A stretch of DNA of 64,000 nt from Candidatus Moraniibacteriota bacterium (GTDB lineage: Bacteria; Patescibacteriota; Minisyncoccia; Moranbacterales; UBA1568): the NCBI GenBank assembly GCA_052035095.1, contig JBPOHW010000007.1:1705-65704 (forward strand), written 5' to 3'. The notes under the pieces were generated by a model. That model searched no databases, had not been told where the DNA came from, and saw only the letters and a program-made list of their open reading frames with translations. Within the stretch, counting starts at the first letter, position 1. The number at the start of each line of letters is the position of its first letter. Positions 58,035 to 64,000 of this stretch are shown piece after piece. Both the position numbers and the translations under genes were made by a program.

Positions 58035-60647
58035 TTACCCAGAACAACTCACGCAATCGTCCTTCACTTCACCTGAAAGGCTCCGGACATAATAGACCGT
58101 TTTAATGCCGCTCTTCCATGATTTGAGATAGTAGCCGTAGAGATCCGCCGGCGAGACGCGCGCGGGATCAATCATCCACTCGAAACTAATGGACTGATCC
58201 ACCCATGGATAGATCGTGGCGATCATCTCGATCACGTCGTTCATATCAAGGTGAATATACTCCTTGTAGTACCAGAAATTTTCTTTGGAGAGCTTGGGCG
58301 CGACGCGAATCGTGGGCGCCGAGAGATTCGTCTCGACGAAATAGCGCTTGTAGATCGGGAGAAGCGCCGCCGTCGTGCCCACGACCCCCGCCGTCGACGT
58401 GTTCGGCGCGGGTGCCGTGTGATAGGCGAAACGCACGCCGTGCTTTTTCATATCGACAAAAAGCGTCTCCCACGCCTTCGGCTCATCGGTATGCTTCGCG
58501 AACCATTCTTTCTTTCGTCCCAAGAGGACGCCCTTTTCATACTCGCTTCCCTTGTAGAGCGCGTATGTTCCCCGCTCTTTGGCGAGATCGACCGACGCGC
58601 GATAGGTGGAGAAAGCGTACTGTTCGAAGAGCTTCTCGACCGCCACCCGAGCCTCTTGGCTATCATAGGAAAGCTTCCGCGTCGCGAGATACTCGGCAAG
58701 CCCCAAATAGCCAAGCCCCACGCTCCGATACCGCAAGGCCGTTCGCTCCGCCTCCTTGATGGGATAAAAATTGAGCGTGATCACATTATCAAGGACACGC
58801 ATTGCGATCGGAAATGTCTCGGTGATATCTTCTTTGGTATGTACTTTCGCCACATTGATCGATGCCAAGTTGCACACGACGAGGTCGCCCGGCTCATAGC
58901 GAATGACGATTTTCCCATCCTCGATCGCCTCACTCACGAACTTTGACGCCGAGGTATTCTGACAAATCTCGGTACAGAGCTGAGTCGAATAGATATTGCC
59001 CGCGTGTTTATTGGGATTCAATTGATTCACCGTATCGCGGAAAAACACATAGGGCATCCCCGTTTCGACGACCGCCTTCAAAAATTGCTTGAAGAGTTCC
59101 TTCGCCTTTACGGTTTTCTTCATCGTGAGCCGATCGTCGCCCTCAAGTCTTTCATACAGCGCGTCAAACTCCGTCCCGAAATGATCCTGAAGCGCCGTCT
59201 GGTGAAGCGTTTCCACCTCGTGCGGGTCAAACAGCGTCCAGTCGCCGTCTGCTTCGAGCCGCCGCATAAAGAGATCGGGCACCGAGACGGCCGGGAAAAC
59301 ATCAAACGCCTTCGATCGAATATCGCCCGTCTCGGTCTGCAAATCGAGAAAATCATGAATATCGAGGTGCCAGATATCGAGCGTCACGGAGATGGCGCCG
59401 AGTCGCGCGCCGAGCTGATTGACCGCGACCGCCGTATCATTGATAACCTTGGTCCAGGGATTCACACCCCCCGACATACCGCCGATCCCGCGAATCGCGC
59501 TCCCGCGCGAGCGAATATTTCCGAGATAGACCCCTACGCCGCCGCCAAACTTGGAAATCTGCGCCATATTCTCGACCGCATGGTAAATTCCGCGGAGATC
59601 ATCATCCACGTTGATCTTGAAGCAACTCGACAACTGATGATAATTCGTCCGCGCGTTGATAAGGGTCGGCGTCGGAAGCGAAATCTTCTGCGTCGAGCAC
59701 GCGTCATATATCTTCTTGGCAAAGGCGAGACGATCCTCCTTTTTCTCGGGAATCGCGAGGAAGAGCGCGATCGCAAGATACATTTCCTGCGGCAATTCCC
59801 ACACTACTTTGTTTGGATTCAAAAGGTACCGCTTCGCGAGCGAGAGAATCGTCGTATATTCATACTCCTCATCCCGCGCGCGCACGAGAAACTTCCCCGC
59901 TTCGAGAATCTCCTTTTTCGTATAAAACTTGTAAAAATCCTTGTAATAAAAGCCTCGCTCCACATAGTGAGCCATGAGCGCCGCAAAACTTTCGGGCGAA
60001 TAGAGCTCCGCCATCGATATTTTTCGATTCTTGGTCGCCTGCTTGTACAAGCTCCCCAAGAGAAACCGCGCCGCCACATGTTGCCAGGCGATATTCTCGA
60101 CACTCACCAAATCAATACAGGCTTTGATGAGAAGTTTATTGATATCGGACGTCTTGATATCCTCGACCAGATTCTTCTTGAACGCCTCCATCAAATCCTC
60201 AAATCGGCACTCCGATTCAAAACCGACCGCGCACTTATCAAAAATTTTCCGGAGTTTCCCGGCATCAAAGCGCTCCTTGTCGCCATGCGCCTTGGTTACC
60301 ATGAGCGAATGTTTCTCGAACTGCTGCGCCAATTTCTCGTGCTTTTCCTCGCGTTCTTCTCGGCGCTTTTCACGATAGAGAATATACGCCTTGGCCATTT
60401 CGAAGCGATTCGACCGCACCAAGTTGCGCTCCACAATATCCTGCACATCCTCAACCGAGGGCACGCGATGCACGAGAAGCTCGGTAAACACATGCTCCAT
60501 ATCGCGGATCACATTGTCGGTAAACGTCGGGATGAAGCTCTTATCCACCTCCCCGACCGCGTCCGCCGCAAGAAGCACCGCACTTTCAATTCGACTTCGA
60601 TCAAAGTCTTCGAGATCCCCGTTTCGTTTGGCTATTTTTTGTATCAT
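58035..60647 (-). CDS. nrdA: ribonucleotide reductase class Ia alpha subunit with two ATP-cones
   Basis: KRNG and TKAHG ATP-cones, PTPTL, SSCF, QLCTEI, VCNLASIN, APNTST, KTVYY, C-terminal CVSC. Confidence 0.96.
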   Translation of the reverse strand: MIQKIAKRNGDLEDFDRSRIESAVLLAADAVGEVDKSFIPTFTDNVIRDMEHVFTELLVHRVPSVEDVQDIVERNLVRSNRFEMAKAYILYREKRREEREEKHEKLAQQFEKHSLMVTKAHGDKERFDAGKLRKIFDKCAVGFESECRFEDLMEAFKKNLVEDIKTSDINKLLIKACIDLVSVENIAWQHVAARFLLGSLYKQATKNRKISMAELYSPESFAALMAHYVERGFYYKDFYKFYTKKEILEAGKFLVRARDEEYEYTTILSLAKRYLLNPNKVVWELPQEMYLAIALFLAIPEKKEDRLAFAKKIYDACSTQKISLPTPTLINARTNYHQLSSCFKINVDDDLRGIYHAVENMAQISKFGGGVGVYLGNIRSRGSAIRGIGGMSGGVNPWTKVINDTAVAVNQLGARLGAISVTLDIWHLDIHDFLDLQTETGDIRSKAFDVFPAVSVPDLFMRRLEADGDWTLFDPHEVETLHQTALQDHFGTEFDALYERLEGDDRLTMKKTVKAKELFKQFLKAVVETGMPYVFFRDTVNQLNPNKHAGNIYSTQLCTEICQNTSASKFVSEAIEDGKIVIRYEPGDLVVCNLASINVAKVHTKEDITETFPIAMRVLDNVITLNFYPIKEAERTALRYRSVGLGYLGLAEYLATRKLSYDSQEARVAVEKLFEQYAFSTYRASVDLAKERGTYALYKGSEYEKGVLLGRKKEWFAKHTDEPKAWETLFVDMKKHGVRFAYHTAPAPNTSTAGVVGTTAALLPIYKRYFVETNLSAPTIRVAPKLSKENFWYYKEYIHLDMNDVIEMIATIYPWVDQSISFEWMIDPARVSPADLYGYYLKSWKSGIKTVYYVRSLSGEVKDDCVSCSG

Positions 60648-60721
60648 ACTGTTTCTTTTTGAGGTCAAAAAAACTCACCGCCCCCATGCGGAACTACAAT
60701 AAAGAAAAGCTATAGCAGAAA

Positions 60722-60906
60722 GAAATTCGCGTATTCGGCTAACCTGCCTGCCGGCAAGGCAGGGAGAAAGAAATTAACGAAGGGGCGAGCAAACGTACAA
60801 AAACCACAAACGAAAGCTTCTTTGGGAGGTTATTTCTATCCATAACATACAAACTCACCTACCAAGCCCCGGAGCATTTCTTGAACGTGCCGAATACGCG
60901 AATTTC
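60722..60906. repeat. structured repeat family A, copy 4 (with nested palindrome)
   Basis: Perfect 18-bp arms 60722-60739 / 60889-60906; CCTGCCTGCCGGCAAGGCAGG at 60743-60763. Confidence 0.9.
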
Positions 60907-60921
60907 GGACGCCACAGGACA

Positions 60922-61548
60922 TTATGCCTTTTTTTCAACAACACTCCAATCAATCGCCTTGAAAAAGGCTTCAATATAGTCCGCGCGCTTCAATCCGTAG
61001 TCGAGCATAAAGGCATGCTCAAACACATCCATCACGAGAATTGGCATCGCTCCGGAAAGATGTCCGCCATCATGCTCATTGATCCACGTATTGAAAAGCA
61101 TTCCCGTCTGCGGATCTTTGGCAAGAATCACCCACCCGATCCCTCGCATCGTCCCCGTCCCAACAAAATCCTTCCTCCACTTCTCAAAACTCCCGAAAGA
61201 ATTTTCAAGAACCTCCAACATCCGACTCCCAACTCCCGACCCCGCTTTTTCCCCTTTCTCTCCACCTAATTCTTCATTTTTCATTTTTAATTTTTCATTT
61301 CCCTTCATATTCCCAAAGTACAGCTCATGCAACCGCATTCCATTCCATTCCCACCCAAATCGCCGCTTGAGCTCCGCGTATTCCGGCGTCCCCGGCTCTT
61401 TCGTCGCGAGAAGCTCGAGAAGTGTATTCACATTTTTCACATATCCTTCATAGAGCGCAAAATGATTTGTGAGAAGCACATCGCTCATTCCCGGCATTCC
61501 CAAAAGATGCTTAAAATCTTGTATTTCATATTTCATACCGGTTGACAT
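60922..61548 (-). CDS. Fe/Mn superoxide dismutase family protein
   Basis: NH..Y.GYV, LHELYF, FGSFE, GIGWV, MDVFEHAF.DYG; carries a repeat-derived insertion. Confidence 0.9.
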   Translation of the reverse strand: MSTGMKYEIQDFKHLLGMPGMSDVLLTNHFALYEGYVKNVNTLLELLATKEPGTPEYAELKRRFGWEWNGMRLHELYFGNMKGNEKLKMKNEELGGEKGEKAGSGVGSRMLEVLENSFGSFEKWRKDFVGTGTMRGIGWVILAKDPQTGMLFNTWINEHDGGHLSGAMPILVMDVFEHAFMLDYGLKRADYIEAFFKAIDWSVVEKKA

Positions 61549-61628
61549 AATTTTTATTTACCCTATTATTCGTACTTGCAGTTCCTAAAGAGAGAAAGTA
61601 GCTTGATACAGAGCGAGAGAGGTGATCC

Positions 61629-61982
61629 ATGATCCGAATGACGGCTAGTGAACGAGCTCGGTTAATTAGGGAAAAGACGGCAAGGAGTAAGAAAGCTCTC
61701 TATGCCATGGTTGATACTGTGACTGGCGCTGGTGTGGTCGAATTTAGCAATCCCACCACCGACTGGCGAATTGTTAGGGTAGTAAGCGTTTCCATAGAAG
61801 ATGGTATGAATGCAGTTCCTTGTTACGAAGTGATTCCAGCCGGTCCTTGCGGGAGAAACCCGAAGCGGCGATTCATTCCAATATCAGCAACAGCTTTATT
61901 GGCTTTTCATGCCACAACAGAAGAAACTACACCGCGATGTTTTATTGACACCCTAGACAAGCGAGAAAAAGTCCTAAAATAA
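61629..61982 (+). CDS. hypothetical protein
   Basis: SD GAGGTGA; codon style differs from flanking genes. Confidence 0.5.
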   Translation: MIRMTASERARLIREKTARSKKALYAMVDTVTGAGVVEFSNPTTDWRIVRVVSVSIEDGMNAVPCYEVIPAGPCGRNPKRRFIPISATALLAFHATTEETTPRCFIDTLDKREKVLK

Positions 61983-62044
61983 TACCCGACCTCAGTGCAA
62001 ATGCCTCATGAACTTATGGGGCATTTTTTACAAATCACCGATAC

Positions 62045-62710
62045 CTATATTTTCCCTACTAAATCGAGTCCCGGCGTCAAAGTCTTCGCGCCCGGCTTCC
62101 AATTGGCGGGACACACTTCGCCGCCGTGCTCGCGAACAAACTGCGCCGCCTGAAGTTTGCGAAGAAGCTCCGTCGCGCTCCGACCGATATTGTTCGAGTT
62201 CACCTCGTATGCCTGCAACACCCCGTCCGGATCAATAATGAACGTGCCGCGCCGCGCGTTCCCTTCTTCCTCAATGTAGACCCCAAACTCTTGCGAGAGT
62301 TCCGCCGTCCGGTCGGCAACGAGCGGATATTTCACTTTTTCAATCGCCTTCGAGTGATCGTGCCACGCTTTGTGCGTATACACCGTATCCGTGCTCACGC
62401 CGAGAATCTCGGTATTGAGCTTCTGAAATTCCGCGTAGTGATCCGCCAAATCCTCAAGCTCCGTCGGACACACAAACGTGAAATCCGCCGGATAAAAGAA
62501 CAATACCGCCCACTTTCCTCGAAAGTCCGAGAGGCGACTTTCCACAATCTTCTCTTTGTGATACATTTGGAGCTTGAAATCAGGAACCTTTTCACCGATT
62601 TCAACCCCATACCCTTCACCGAACTCGCACTCACCGTCACATTCGCCCTCACACCCTCCGCCACAGCACCCGCCTTTCTCTTCTTCGCACTCGCCGTATT
62701 CTTTATTCAT
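62045..62710 (-). CDS. ahpC: 2-Cys peroxiredoxin (AhpC) with Cys/Glu-rich N-terminal extension
   Basis: FFYPADFTFVCPTEL, RGTFIIDPDG, IGRS, GEVCPANWKPG. Confidence 0.95.
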   Translation of the reverse strand: MNKEYGECEEEKGGCCGGGCEGECDGECEFGEGYGVEIGEKVPDFKLQMYHKEKIVESRLSDFRGKWAVLFFYPADFTFVCPTELEDLADHYAEFQKLNTEILGVSTDTVYTHKAWHDHSKAIEKVKYPLVADRTAELSQEFGVYIEEEGNARRGTFIIDPDGVLQAYEVNSNNIGRSATELLRKLQAAQFVREHGGEVCPANWKPGAKTLTPGLDLVGKI

Positions 62711-62737
62711 AGAGTTGTTAAAAAGTTTATCTTACAA

Positions 62738-62935
62738 ATTTATCTTACGCGAAATAATTTACTCTTCTGTCATCCCGACCGGAGCGACCTAAGGAGCGAA
62801 GTGGAGGGATCTGCGTCTTAACAGAAAGGCAGTGCTTCCAGAAAGATTGAGATTCCTCGGCTTCGCTCGGAATGACAGAGTTCTTTTGTTTTGTGGCTTA
62901 AAAAAAAGACTTCTATTATTTCGCGTAAGATAAAT
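62738..62935. repeat. GTCAT...ATGAC palindromic element enclosed by a perfect 21-bp inverted repeat
   Basis: CTGTCATCCCGACCGGAGCG..GAGGGATCT..AGATTCCTCGGCTTCGCTCGGAATGACAG (62767-62878); outer arms 62738-62758 / 62915-62935. Confidence 0.75.
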
Positions 62936-63013
62936 CAAAAATACAAAAGCCGTTTGTATATGATACGTGCCGCATTTCGCGCTGTCAACTTTCCGCTTCC
63001 TTTGCCAAAATAT

Positions 63014-64000
63014 ATGACTTTTGCACCAAAAAATTCACACCAACTCCTTATTGCTTCCGAACACACCGGGGAGCGACTTGATGTTTTTTTGGCTCATTCA
63101 AAGGAATTTGAGACAATTTTGAAGAGACCTTTGAGCCGCTCGCAGATAACCCTCGGCATAAAAAACGGCGGCGTCTCGATATCGAATCCCTCGAAAAAAG
63201 CGCTTTCCAAGCCGAGTCTCATACTTTCGGAAGGCGCCGTGCTCGAAATATTCCCCGAGAAATTCGAAATGGGACACAAGAAACTTCTCCCGGAGCCACA
63301 CATCCCTCTCCCCGTCATCGAAGAAAACGAGCACTTCCTCATCATCAACAAACCCGCCGGCATCCAAGTTCACCCATCGACGTCGCAAGAAAGCGGCACC
63401 GTCGCGAATTGGATCATCGCGCGCTATCCGGAAATTCACAATGTCGGTGATGCCACTCGTCCCGGTATCGTTCATCGCCTCGATCGCGATACGAGCGGTC
63501 TCCTCATTATCGCGCGAACCAAGCGGTCATTTACAGCGCTGAAAAAACTCTTCAAAGATCGAAACATAAAGAAGCGATACCTCGCGCTCGTTTTTGGCAT
63601 TCCCAAAGAGAAAGAAGGCACCGTCACGACTCCGATCGCCCGCTCCACCCGCAGCGATCGCCAAACGGTCGCGCCACAAGGAAAGCGCGTCAAAGGCGTT
63701 ATTCGTCCCGCCGAAACGCACTATCGCATCATTGAAACCTTCGAAAATTCCGCCCTCATCGAGGTCGAACCCGCAACCGGTCGCACCCACCAAATCCGCG
63801 TCCATATGGCCTCAATCGGCCATCCCATCTTCGGCGACCGGCTCTACGCCTCCAAAGCTTCCCGAGAGCTTTCCGCCAATCTCCCGCGCCACCTCCTCCA
63901 CGCCACGTCCCTCGACTTTACCCTCTTCGGGAAAGAGTACTCCTTCAAATCACCCCTCCCAAACGACTTTGAGAAATTCGCGACACTTTACAAATCAGCA
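63014..64000 (+). CDS. RluA/RluD-family pseudouridine synthase (runs off window edge)
   Basis: Manually translated: GERLDVFL S4-like start, INKPAG..VHP, PGIVHRLDRDTSG, TGRTHQIRVH, GD.LY, LHA. Confidence 0.93.
   Translation, partial: MTFAPKNSHQLLIASEHTGERLDVFLAHSKEFETILKRPLSRSQITLGIKNGGVSISNPSKKALSKPSLILSEGAVLEIFPEKFEMGHKKLLPEPHIPLPVIEENEHFLIINKPAGIQVHPSTSQESGTVANWIIARYPEIHNVGDATRPGIVHRLDRDTSGLLIIARTKRSFTALKKLFKDRNIKKRYLALVFGIPKEKEGTVTTPIARSTRSDRQTVAPQGKRVKGVIRPAETHYRIIETFENSALIEVEPATGRTHQIRVHMASIGHPIFGDRLYASKASRELSANLPRHLLHATSLDFTLFGKEYSFKSPLPNDFEKFATLYKSA

Noticed and set aside
60660-60720. NrdR box upstream of nrdA
   Set aside because: No convincing match to the acaCwAtATaTwGtgt consensus.

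Overview
This window looks like core-plus-accessory chromosome of a small-genome Patescibacteria (CPR, Parcubacteria-like) bacterium. That is an inference from gene content: VirB2-like pilin array, DUF4012, DUF475, CCA-less tRNAs and compact housekeeping genes; standard code, most genes on the minus strand. Housekeeping genes are dnaG, thrS, PBP1A, HU, rny, gpmI, clpP, tig, ppa, nusA, infB, cca, nrdAB, an Fe/Mn SOD, ahpC and an RluA-family synthase, plus five tRNAs. Accessory blocks are: (i) a WxL/DUF916-like surface-fibre cluster (1-5.8 kb); (ii) a four-gene nicotinamidase-like + vWA + PP2C + kinase operon (a TerY-P variant) next to a TerC/DUF475 gene (16-21.5 kb); (iii) a pilin array with beta-defensin-like Cys-rich modules and a pilin-lysozyme fusion, interrupted by a four-helix-bundle gene and an AbiE toxin-antitoxin pair (40.8-50 kb). 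The intergenic DNA carries several families of structured repeats: a 4-copy ~130-nt core closed by copy-specific 18-23 bp stems, rod-like hairpins abutting stop codons, and nested palindromes. A pervasive 7-nt periodic repeat also sits in frame inside dnaG, nusA, cca and sod. All calls are from motif recognition by eye; no database searches or folding programs were run.
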